Below are positions 18,779 to 26,726 of a stretch of DNA of 32,614 nucleotides, in pieces. Each line of letters begins with the position of its first letter. Within the stretch, counting starts at the first letter, position 1. The notes beneath the pieces are model-generated. The model saw nothing but the letters and a program-made list of their open reading frames with translations, was not told where the DNA came from and did not search any database. Source of the stretch: Candidatus Thorarchaeota archaeon. GTDB lineage: Archaea; Asgardarchaeota; Thorarchaeia; Thorarchaeales; Thorarchaeaceae. The stretch spans positions 1 through 32,614 of the forward strand of contig JAOUFI010000022.1 in assembly GCA_029858305.1 (NCBI GenBank). The letters run 5' to 3'. The position numbers and the translations under genes were made by a program.

Positions 18779-19555
18779 CTAGTCAATTCGCGCTTTACTA
18801 GATGATTTCTTGTACACTTTCCTTGTTCCTACATCGACACCACTTGTCTTGAAGAAGTCACCAACAAGCTCATCGACAAGAACACCATCACGCAAGAGAA
18901 GGATTCTGTCTGCCATTCGAGCAGTTTCAGGATCGTGGGTTGCAGCAATGACCGCACGGTTTTGATTCTTAGCTAGTTCCCTCATCAATTGAATTATCTC
19001 GCCCCCTGTCTTATGGTCTAGATCACCTGTGGGCTCATCGCACAAGAGAACTGAGGGGTCATTGGCAAGAGCTCGGGCAAGTGCCACACGGGAACGCATT
19101 CCTCCAGACAGTTCGTGAGGCATGTGCTGGAAGCGATGACTGACTAAGACAGTTTCAAGGAGTTTCATAGCCCTCTCTCGACGTTCATCAGCAGGAATAT
19201 CATCAAGAAGCATTGGTACCTCTACATTCTCGAGAGCAGTGAATATGGGCAAGAGATGCTGATCTTGGAAGAGTACTCCAATCTTGTGACGGCGTACTTC
19301 AGACATGGCATCATCATTAAGCTTGGTGATATCCTGACCATCAACAAGAATTGTGCCAGAGGTCGGGGTGTCAAGACCTCCAATTAGGTTCAGGAGTGTT
19401 GTCTTTCCAGATCCGCTTGCACCTACAATGGCAACAAACTCACCGCGGTATACTGTGAGGTTTGTACCCTGCAACACTTTGATGACTCGGGAGCCATCTT
19501 GAAAGTCTCTCCGAACATCAATACATTCAACTGCGGCTTGCTTCTCGGTGGCCAA
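18779..19555 (-). CDS. LolD/MacB-type ABC ATP-binding protein
   Basis: GASGSGKTT, LSGGM, LLCDEPTGDLD, ATHD. Confidence 0.95.
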   Translation of the reverse strand: MATEKQAAVECIDVRRDFQDGSRVIKVLQGTNLTVYRGEFVAIVGASGSGKTTLLNLIGGLDTPTSGTILVDGQDITKLNDDAMSEVRRHKIGVLFQDQHLLPIFTALENVEVPMLLDDIPADERRERAMKLLETVLVSHRFQHMPHELSGGMRSRVALARALANDPSVLLCDEPTGDLDHKTGGEIIQLMRELAKNQNRAVIAATHDPETARMADRILLLRDGVLVDELVGDFFKTSGVDVGTRKVYKKSSSKARID

Positions 19556-19688
19556 AATGATTCACCAATCTCTCGAGGAATTATTCCCCGTTTTAAGGGA
19601 ACTGCTTCGAGCACTTTGTTTGAGCTAAGAAGTCATTTGTTTAAGAACGAAACGGCCATAAGTTGCACAGACATCATGTGAAAACAAC

Positions 19689-20186
19689 ATGCGAGTCTTT
19701 GCCATTTCAGGATATTCGGGAACAGGAAAAACGTCACTCGTTGAGCAGGTCATTAAAGCTCTTAGTGAAGAGGGATACACTGTAGTCACTGCAAAGACTT
19801 CAATTCATGATGTAAAAGAAGTCGAAGGGACCGATACATGGAAACATATCAAAGCGGGTGCTAAGACTGCCGCTATTCTTGGACCTCACAGTGCCGTCAT
19901 TCGACACGCAGTCGGAAAGAGTCTTCAAGATATTTTTGCTGGCATTGACGCGGACTTTCTCATTATAGAAGGCATGAAGGAGAGCAAGATTCCAAAAATC
20001 TGGTGTATCGGAAACACTGATGTAGACAAAGGAAAAATCCCAGAGTCAACTAAAGCTGTGGTTGGTTGGGTACGAAGGGAAAAAGGGGTGGAGTTAGAAG
20101 TGCCATTCTTGAAGACTGATGATATTGGGAAGATTGTTTCGATCGTGAAACAAGAGGCGATAGAACTATCCCAAGATAAAGCCTAG
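19689..20186 (+). CDS. mobB: Molybdopterin-guanine dinucleotide biosynthesis protein B
   Basis: ISGYSGTGKT P-loop, EGTDTWKH..AGA, DFLIIEGMK...PKI. Confidence 0.9.
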   Translation: MRVFAISGYSGTGKTSLVEQVIKALSEEGYTVVTAKTSIHDVKEVEGTDTWKHIKAGAKTAAILGPHSAVIRHAVGKSLQDIFAGIDADFLIIEGMKESKIPKIWCIGNTDVDKGKIPESTKAVVGWVRREKGVELEVPFLKTDDIGKIVSIVKQEAIELSQDKA

Positions 20187-20202
20187 CTACTTCAGGGGAT
20201 GG

Positions 20203-20273
20203 GACGGCTCAGATACCCCTAAGGTCGATCATTTGTTCACAATCTCGCAAATAAGGAGCTCATCACTGCCGCC
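20203..20273 (-). ncRNA. Box C/D guide sRNA (target unresolved)
   Basis: Minus strand: GGCGGC-A-GTGATGA(20266-60)...ATGATCG (C'-like, 20232-26)-ACCTTAGGGGTAT-CTGA(20212-09)-GCCGTC; 6-bp terminal stem (one G-U pair) in K-turn geometry. Confidence 0.7.
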
Positions 20274-20409
20274 ATGATTACCAGAATTTCTACATGTATT
20301 AGTGTTGCCATTCAGCAACTACTAAACTGAGGCAATAGAGCTTTCGAATGCACATTGACACTTGGTCAAAGGGCAATACTCTTCTTACTGAGATACTGAT
20401 TGCATCTCG

Positions 20410-21258
20410 ATGAAACATATCAGCGTGGAACGATTCAGTCTTGTCGATACTATTGAATGTGGACAGACATTCACTTGGATTAGAGAGAACGAGGGGTATG
20501 TCAATACTGATTTCGGTCAGGTGATATATGTAGAGCAACGAGAAAACACACTTTTCTACGAGACATCTAGGTCAGATTCTGTTCCATTAAAAGAGATGTT
20601 CCATCTTGATGACCCACTCGATGAGATTCAGAGAGAGATCTTGCGAGATGGTGTTATGCACGAGAGCATCGCCTTTGCACCCAATCTCAGGATAATTAAT
20701 GACTCGTTCTTTCCATGCCTCATTTCGTTCATCTGCTCAACGTGCAAGAACATCCCAGCAATCCATAGGATGATGAGTAATATCAGGAGGCGATATGGTC
20801 CAGAATATACTTTCAGAGGGAAGACCTTCTATGGATTTCCTATGGCAGAACATCTGGCTGAGGCAAGTATTAAGGATCTAGAGAGGTTAGAACTCGGGTA
20901 TAGAGCCAAGTATGTAAAACAGACTGCAGATTCAATTGTTAATGGTATTGTATCTGAAAACGAGCTCAGAAAAATGACATACTCAGAAGCACATCGGACA
21001 CTCAAATCGCTGCATGGAGTGGGTGACAAGGTTGCAGACTGTGTTTGTCTTTTTTCACTAGGCTTTCTAGAGGCCTTTCCCATTGATGTTTGGATTGAGA
21101 GAGTCATCCAAGAGCACTATGGCATCTTCACTAAGACTGGCAAGGCATATGCAAGAAAATCAGCAGCGGCAAGGGAGTACTTTGGCAGATACGGAGGATA
21201 TGCGCAAGAGTATCTCTATAATTATACAAGGTCTCAAGGACGATTCCGAGAGTGTTAG
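20410..21258 (+). CDS. 8-oxoguanine DNA glycosylase/AP lyase, Ogg1 family
   Basis: TIECGQTFTW N-terminal domain, CLISFICS..KNI, LGYRAKYV, HhH GVGDKVADCVCLF (catalytic Lys), AFPIDVW (Asp), GYAQEYLY. Confidence 0.9.
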   Translation: MKHISVERFSLVDTIECGQTFTWIRENEGYVNTDFGQVIYVEQRENTLFYETSRSDSVPLKEMFHLDDPLDEIQREILRDGVMHESIAFAPNLRIINDSFFPCLISFICSTCKNIPAIHRMMSNIRRRYGPEYTFRGKTFYGFPMAEHLAEASIKDLERLELGYRAKYVKQTADSIVNGIVSENELRKMTYSEAHRTLKSLHGVGDKVADCVCLFSLGFLEAFPIDVWIERVIQEHYGIFTKTGKAYARKSAAAREYFGRYGGYAQEYLYNYTRSQGRFREC

Positions 21259-22397
21259 AACGTCTGTTTTTTCTCCTTTGATTTTGCGTACCAAGAATGA
21301 TTTGTGATGGGAGGTTCTCGAGAGAGCTCCCATACTCTTGTACTATAGAAAGCTAGAGGATTTAGAACGTATTCACACAGAGGATCATATACCAATCCAA
21401 GATATACAGGACAGAGATTGTTGGTCTGCAGTTTCTTGCACCCTGTCGGTGTGTAGCCTGGCGTATCAGATTTCATTGACCTCTTGGATGCAATATGGTC
21501 TACCTGATATACAATCTGACGATTATCGCTATCAGGGGAGTGGCCAAATACTTTATTGACTTCATCCTCAGTCATTCCTATTCTGAGGAGAAAAGCTGCA
21601 AGAGCAAAACGGGCGTCGTGAGATAAGTTCACTTGCCCACTCATAGAGTCATCGTACATCTTCTGAATGCACGGTGGAAATGCTGATGTGACCTGTCCAG
21701 TGATTTTCAAGGGTTCAAACTTACGAAGTTTACCCTTTATCTCCACCTCGACACGTTGAACAGCTTCAGCAAACCGTTGCGGTAGTTTTGGAATATCAAG
21801 GTGGCCAAACATGATAATCTGGCGAAATCTACCTGAAACTAAACGGTTGAGCTCACGTTTTCGTATTAGAACCCAGCCTTTGTCAACATATCTATTGATC
21901 AACTTCCATTCATCAGCATGAAAGTCTGGAGCGACCTCTAGAAAATTCTCGAACCGTATTCTAAATTCAAAGGATCGTAATGGGAGAGGTAATTGAACGC
22001 GATCATGGAGATTGCCCATTGACTGAACATTCCATCCCAAGGATTCAGTACACAATGTTTCAAGAAGTTCATTGTCTTCATCTGCAAGTAATCTATTCAC
22101 TGTCTTTGATTCAGCCTCAGCCTGCAGGGCTCTGAGGCGTGGATTGTTAATCTCCTCAACAATGAGACGTGCAGCGGAGTAGACAAGTACTTTCTTTTCA
22201 TCTCTCATGTCAGGATAGGTAATTTCAGACTGCGTGATTGCTGAGTATATTCGGTTTTCAGCTTCCTCAACAAGATAGTGATTCTCAGCTCTGTTTAAGA
22301 GATCTACAAGTGCCTTCAGATCTCGTGCAAGACGCAGTGACATCTGCCTTGCTTCCCTTGAGAATGGGTATTTGAGTAACTGATGATTTCTTGACAC
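21255..22397 (-). CDS. priL: DNA primase large subunit
   Basis: KYPF, WKLINRYVDKGWV, FPPCI, LSHDARFALAAFL, YQVDHI, YTPTGCKKLQTNNLC...C...NPL (Fe-S domain). Confidence 0.93.
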   Translation of the reverse strand: MSRNHQLLKYPFSREARQMSLRLARDLKALVDLLNRAENHYLVEEAENRIYSAITQSEITYPDMRDEKKVLVYSAARLIVEEINNPRLRALQAEAESKTVNRLLADEDNELLETLCTESLGWNVQSMGNLHDRVQLPLPLRSFEFRIRFENFLEVAPDFHADEWKLINRYVDKGWVLIRKRELNRLVSGRFRQIIMFGHLDIPKLPQRFAEAVQRVEVEIKGKLRKFEPLKITGQVTSAFPPCIQKMYDDSMSGQVNLSHDARFALAAFLLRIGMTEDEVNKVFGHSPDSDNRQIVYQVDHIASKRSMKSDTPGYTPTGCKKLQTNNLCPVYLGLVYDPLCEYVLNPLAFYSTRVWELSREPPITNHSWYAKSKEKKQTF

Positions 22398-22402
22398 CTT
22401 TA

Positions 22403-22603
22403 CTACCTCTCAAAGGTTGGTCTATAATCATCTACACCTGTGTCATAGAACTTCTTTCCACAAATGGCACATTTGAACATCTCGATTCCTCTTGTCATAG
22501 CCCAAGGATTAATCACTCGCGTCACTCGAGTGCTGTTACAATTTGGACACCGCAATCCTTTCTCGTCAAACGCCCATGGGGATTTTCTTCGGTTCGATGA
22601 CAT
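22403..22603 (-). CDS. Small zinc-ribbon protein
   Basis: CPNC-x20-CAICGKKF; ends 5 nt before the priL start on the same strand. Confidence 0.75.
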   Translation of the reverse strand: MSSNRRKSPWAFDEKGLRCPNCNSTRVTRVINPWAMTRGIEMFKCAICGKKFYDTGVDDYRPTFER

Positions 22604-22635
22604 TATTCACACAGAGCCTTGAGTATTGAAGTGAG

Positions 22636-23292
22636 TTACTTCATCAATCCAACGACTAGACCACGTATATCATTAACGGCGATACCCTTTACATCCTTTA
22701 GACTGGCTGCTTCCATTAATCCTATGATATCATCTAACGAGTGTTTGCACATATGTGGATAGCGCAGTCTGGCTTGCTCATGAGACATTCCCTGTTCGGT
22801 CATCTTCCTGACGAACATCTCCTCGTTGCCGGAGATCCAGTCGTAGACAATATACTTCCCACCACTCCGCAATGTTCTGCTTGCCTGTTCCACGAGATTT
22901 TGAGGCGATGCCATCTCATGGAGCATAAACCCACAGAATGCAAGGTCTACGGAGCTATGAGGTATTGGTATCTCTACTTCATTAAAGTCTGTGACAGTTA
23001 GCTCGTAGGACACTGCAGAGGTGCGCTCATCAATGAAAATCTTGGCCTGATCAAGCATTTCCCGACTCTCATCGAGACCAATAAGTCGCGTAGCGGCAAA
23101 CTTGTTTGAGGCATCAACAAGAAAAAGACCAGGCCCGCAGCCAAAATCCACAATAACATCTCTCTTCTGAGTTCCTACTAACTCAACCAGATTTTTCCAA
23201 AATAGCATATCATACCTGCGGGAATAAGTTTCGACTATGTACTTTATCCGATCTCTGTCAGTCCAGTCAGCCTTACCAAGAGGATGAGCCAT
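22636..23292 (-). CDS. Class I SAM-dependent methyltransferase
   Basis: IVDFGCGPG, LIGLDES, SVDLAFCGFMLHE, LRSGG..IVYDW. ATG 23292 abuts the upstream stop and avoids the 53-nt overlap of the 23346 start. Confidence 0.9.
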   Translation of the reverse strand: MAHPLGKADWTDRDRIKYIVETYSRRYDMLFWKNLVELVGTQKRDVIVDFGCGPGLFLVDASNKFAATRLIGLDESREMLDQAKIFIDERTSAVSYELTVTDFNEVEIPIPHSSVDLAFCGFMLHEMASPQNLVEQASRTLRSGGKYIVYDWISGNEEMFVRKMTEQGMSHEQARLRYPHMCKHSLDDIIGLMEAASLKDVKGIAVNDIRGLVVGLMK

Positions 23293-23293
23293 C

Positions 23294-23833
23294 TTATTTT
23301 CGTCCCAATATGAAATCAGCTCTGAGGATAAGTCGTAGGAACTCATTAAGACTCTGGCGTTGTATTTCTGGGTCGCTATAGAGCTTCTTCAATTCTGCCT
23401 TTCTGTCTTCCACCGATTGAATAGTTCCCTCATTGATAAGCTTGTAAGCGGCGTTTGGTCGTTCGACCCATCGACAAAGCTCTTCGTAATCTTGGTTAAG
23501 AAATAGCAAAACTGGCGTCTTTCTTTTACCATTGACCTTGTAATGCTGATGAAACTCTACGTTCGCGTCAGCGTCAAGAATACGTAGTTGCAACTTGGTG
23601 GAAGTATCTACCATCTTTGCTAGAATTGGTAGATTCCCAGCTGTATCATTGCATCGTTCTGTTCCAATCACGAGAATCTTGATGTTATTCTGAATGCCTT
23701 TGAGTGTGTCTAGATCGGTTTCATTTAATTGAAGATCGTTGTACCTGGCCTTCATTAACTCGATATTTTCACGAGCGTTCTTCAGAAATTTTTCGTATGT
23801 TATAGCTTTATCCCACTCTGCATTCTCTGTCAT
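23294..23833 (-). CDS. Thioredoxin-like protein (Thioredoxin_9 type, CxxT)
   Basis: ILVIGTERCNDTAGNLPIL, LRILDAD, NGKRKTP (cis-Pro), RWVERP. Start ATG 23833 preferred. Confidence 0.85.
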   Translation of the reverse strand: MTENAEWDKAITYEKFLKNARENIELMKARYNDLQLNETDLDTLKGIQNNIKILVIGTERCNDTAGNLPILAKMVDTSTKLQLRILDADANVEFHQHYKVNGKRKTPVLLFLNQDYEELCRWVERPNAAYKLINEGTIQSVEDRKAELKKLYSDPEIQRQSLNEFLRLILRADFILGRK

Positions 23834-24005
23834 GTATATCAACTCGATAGATATCAAAGAATTCTCTGAGCAAAACCAATTGTGCTCAAGGGTACTATTT
23901 CATACAAAATCGAATAAAAGGATTGTTCGAGGCAGAATTCACGATAGGGAAAAATAGTTTCGGGCATCTGTTCCGCTTTTATAGACTGAATAGAACATAT
24001 ACATC

Positions 24006-24350
24006 ATGACCGTCAACATGCAAGCATACTGTGGACTTGATTGCTCAGAGTGTCCAGCACGACTTGCCTATATCAATAATGATGACGAGCTACGGCAAGA
24101 AACAATCAAAAAGTGGAGCACACCAGAATTTCCGGTCACTTCAGATATTCTCGATTGTGAAGGATGTAAGTCTGATGGGCTTCACTTTGCATTCTGCTCC
24201 AAATGCAGTGTCCGTGGGTGCGCAGATAGTCGAGGTGTCGAAACCTGCGCACATTGTGATGATTATGGCTGTGATATACTAGAAGAATGGCTCTCTCATG
24301 TTGGAGAGAAGGGTAGAGAAACTCTAGAGAAGATCAGAGCCGCACTGTAG
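24006..24350 (+). CDS. DUF3795 cysteine-rich protein
   Basis: AYCGLDCSECPA, CEGC, C..C.VRGCA..RGVETCAHCDDYGC..L. Confidence 0.9.
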   Translation: MTVNMQAYCGLDCSECPARLAYINNDDELRQETIKKWSTPEFPVTSDILDCEGCKSDGLHFAFCSKCSVRGCADSRGVETCAHCDDYGCDILEEWLSHVGEKGRETLEKIRAAL

Positions 24351-24373
24351 ATATTGTTCCAGGAGAAGACGAA

Positions 24374-25504
24374 TTGAAGAGAGCAGGTGTTGCTGGCCTC
24401 AAACTACACCCGGGCAAAGCGCCGCACTGGTTAGTGAAACGAATGATACCCATGGCCAGTGCTCTCTGCGAATTCATTGTGGACGAGTTTGGGACATCTG
24501 AACTTCTTCTGAGGTTGTCTGACCCGGTCTGGTTTCAAGCCCTCTCGAATGTTCTAGGCTATGATTGGGACAGTTCAGGTTCGACCACAGTGACATGTGG
24601 TGTATTGAGGTCTGCATTGAGCTTTGAAACTCATAACATGGTGGGTATTGGCGGTAAGGGTCTGGCATCAAAGAAGGTTCCGGAGCAACTTCGTGCTCTG
24701 GAGGACTATGGACTCGATGGCGCAGGTCTTGTTGAGATAAGTAAGGCGGTGGCAAAGGTTGACAATGCAGGGATTCAAGATGGATACCAGTTGTACCAGC
24801 ACCTTTTCTTTGTTGATAGCGAGGAAAACTGGACAGTTGTTCAGCAAGGATTAGACTATAATAACAATGATGCGCGCCGATACCATTGGACTGCAGAGGA
24901 AACTAAGAGCTACATTGACGAACCGCATACTGGTTTGATCTCAGGACAGATCAAGGATGTTGCGTTGGATATGACATCAAAGAACTCCAGTGCGTGCCGC
25001 AAAGTCAGCATCGATATTGTCAAGGAAGATCCTGCGAGGGTCAGGAGGTACTTTGAAAATATTAAATCATATGGCGAATCAACATTGATACAATGGCTTG
25101 GAGATGATGGTCAGGCAAGTACACTTCCGTCATACAAGGTAGTTCCTACGAAGATGAATTGGAACGCTGTCAGAGAGGCGTATGAAACTCAACCTGATGA
25201 CTATGAGGGTATCCTTTTCATGGATGGTTTTGGACCCGCAACTATTCGTGGTCTTTCTTTGATTTCAGAGATGATCTTTGGCACTCCGCCATCATGGTCA
25301 GATCCTGTACGTATGTGTTTTGCCTTTGGAGGAAAAGATGGTGTTCCATTTCCGGTTCCAAGGAAAGACTATGACAGAGCAATAGAGTTCATGGAGCAGG
25401 CGTTGAATGATGCAAAAATGGGGAGACGAGACAAAGTTCTCGGTCTCCAACGCTTGCGAAAGTTTGCACCACCCATACTTCGGAACGCAGAGATGGCAGT
25501 ATGA
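24374..25504 (+). CDS. DUF763 family protein
   Basis: LKLHPGKAP.WL, SDPVWFQAL..VLGYDWDSSGSTT, AKVDNAGIQDGYQLY, WTVVQQG, ARRYHW, FAFGGKDGVPFPV. Confidence 0.93.
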   Translation: MKRAGVAGLKLHPGKAPHWLVKRMIPMASALCEFIVDEFGTSELLLRLSDPVWFQALSNVLGYDWDSSGSTTVTCGVLRSALSFETHNMVGIGGKGLASKKVPEQLRALEDYGLDGAGLVEISKAVAKVDNAGIQDGYQLYQHLFFVDSEENWTVVQQGLDYNNNDARRYHWTAEETKSYIDEPHTGLISGQIKDVALDMTSKNSSACRKVSIDIVKEDPARVRRYFENIKSYGESTLIQWLGDDGQASTLPSYKVVPTKMNWNAVREAYETQPDDYEGILFMDGFGPATIRGLSLISEMIFGTPPSWSDPVRMCFAFGGKDGVPFPVPRKDYDRAIEFMEQALNDAKMGRRDKVLGLQRLRKFAPPILRNAEMAV

Positions 25505-25528
25505 ACAAACCAAAGGACTCAATTTATC

Positions 25529-26380
25529 GTGTGTATTATACGAACTGCTATGATTGAAGTTGAACCATTCAATGAACACATAACCTGTATCAAAACTGCA
25601 ACTGAACAGGATGGCTCAGCTATAATGTTCGTCTACGCATTTCTTGTTGGAGATGCACTTTTCGATGTTGGTTGTGCCAATGCAATTGATGAGGTACGTG
25701 AGTTTGCAGATCGGAATGAAATCAATCATGTATATGTATCTCACTCCCATGAGGATCATGTGGGTTGTTTAAAGATCTTTGAGGGGAGAGCAACAATATA
25801 TGCTAACGAGCTCACCCAGAAGGTCTTGCGAGCCCCTCCTCAGTATGGTGAGTTCTTCAATTACGTTTGGGGACAACCGGAGGCTGTTTCAGACTTGAGT
25901 CCCATACCAAATAGATTCTCTATTGGAGACCTTGATTTTGAGGTAATACCTGTACCTGGACACACCATGGAAATGATTGGATTCTATGAACCAGAACGAA
26001 AATGGTTCTTCTCAGCAGATGCGGTTCCATTGCCATCAAAGAAGAAGATTGCAATGCCAGATGAGAATATCCCTCAGATGGTCGCTACAATGGAAAAGTT
26101 GGTAGCCATGGATATCGATATTCTCTTTGACTCTCACAGGGGACCAATTGAATCACCTCAGAAGCACATTCAGACAAGAATTGATTACATCAAAGAAATT
26201 CAACACAAGGCTTTGGAGTTACATCAATCGGGAAAATCGATTGAGGATATACAGCAGATTCTCGAATTAGAAGGTCCTTGGTACCTAGAACTGACGAAGA
26301 GCCGATTTGGTATTGATTTCTTCATCAAATCGGTCCTCTTTGACAAGATTGTAGTCGAACAGCCCCTAACAGATTCTTAA
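25529..26380 (+). CDS. Metallo-beta-lactamase-fold hydrolase
   Basis: SHSHEDHVG, PGHT, FSADA, FDSHRG. Start may be ATG 25550. Confidence 0.9.
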   Translation: MCIIRTAMIEVEPFNEHITCIKTATEQDGSAIMFVYAFLVGDALFDVGCANAIDEVREFADRNEINHVYVSHSHEDHVGCLKIFEGRATIYANELTQKVLRAPPQYGEFFNYVWGQPEAVSDLSPIPNRFSIGDLDFEVIPVPGHTMEMIGFYEPERKWFFSADAVPLPSKKKIAMPDENIPQMVATMEKLVAMDIDILFDSHRGPIESPQKHIQTRIDYIKEIQHKALELHQSGKSIEDIQQILELEGPWYLELTKSRFGIDFFIKSVLFDKIVVEQPLTDS

Positions 26381-26405
26381 ATAGCACAAAAAGTGAATAG
26401 CATGT

Positions 26406-26723
26406 ATGTCTCTCTTAATCCCTCTAGTTATCGCAGGGATTGTTGCAGTCGTTCTTGTGATGATGATTCCGTCCCTTGTCACCCATACAATAGGGCAGCT
26501 TCTCTTGGGCAGACTGGATGACTATGAAGGTTGGTGCTACTACGGCAAGTTGCTTGAGAGAACGGGGCATCATCTTCAAGCCTACAATGCATATTTGAAA
26601 TCGATAGAAATCAATCCTGCTTATTCTGAAGCACATGAACGTCTTGATAATCTTATATTAAGAATGCAGAACTCCGGGGATTCAAAAGATTCCCTGTACC
26701 AACCGGACCTGGACTCAAATTGA
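26406..26723 (+). CDS. Membrane-anchored protein with a single TPR
   Basis: N-terminal hydrophobic helix; WCYYGKLLERTG...AYNAYLKSIEINPAYSEA. Confidence 0.8.
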   Translation: MSLLIPLVIAGIVAVVLVMMIPSLVTHTIGQLLLGRLDDYEGWCYYGKLLERTGHHLQAYNAYLKSIEINPAYSEAHERLDNLILRMQNSGDSKDSLYQPDLDSN

Positions 26724-26726
26724 GGA

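Noticed and set aside
20299-20538. 79-aa minus-strand ORF upstream of the second C/D RNA
   Set aside because: It overlaps the Ogg1 start antisense and has no motif; the gap is better explained by the sRNA and promoters.
23294-23346. 53-nt overlap between the thioredoxin-like and methyltransferase ORFs
   Set aside because: Artefact of longest-ORF calling; ATG 23292 gives an abutting, non-overlapping start.
23630-23670. CxxT instead of CxxC in the thioredoxin-like protein
   Set aside because: Single-Cys CxD(A/T/S) variants are common in this family; the codon is not TGA.
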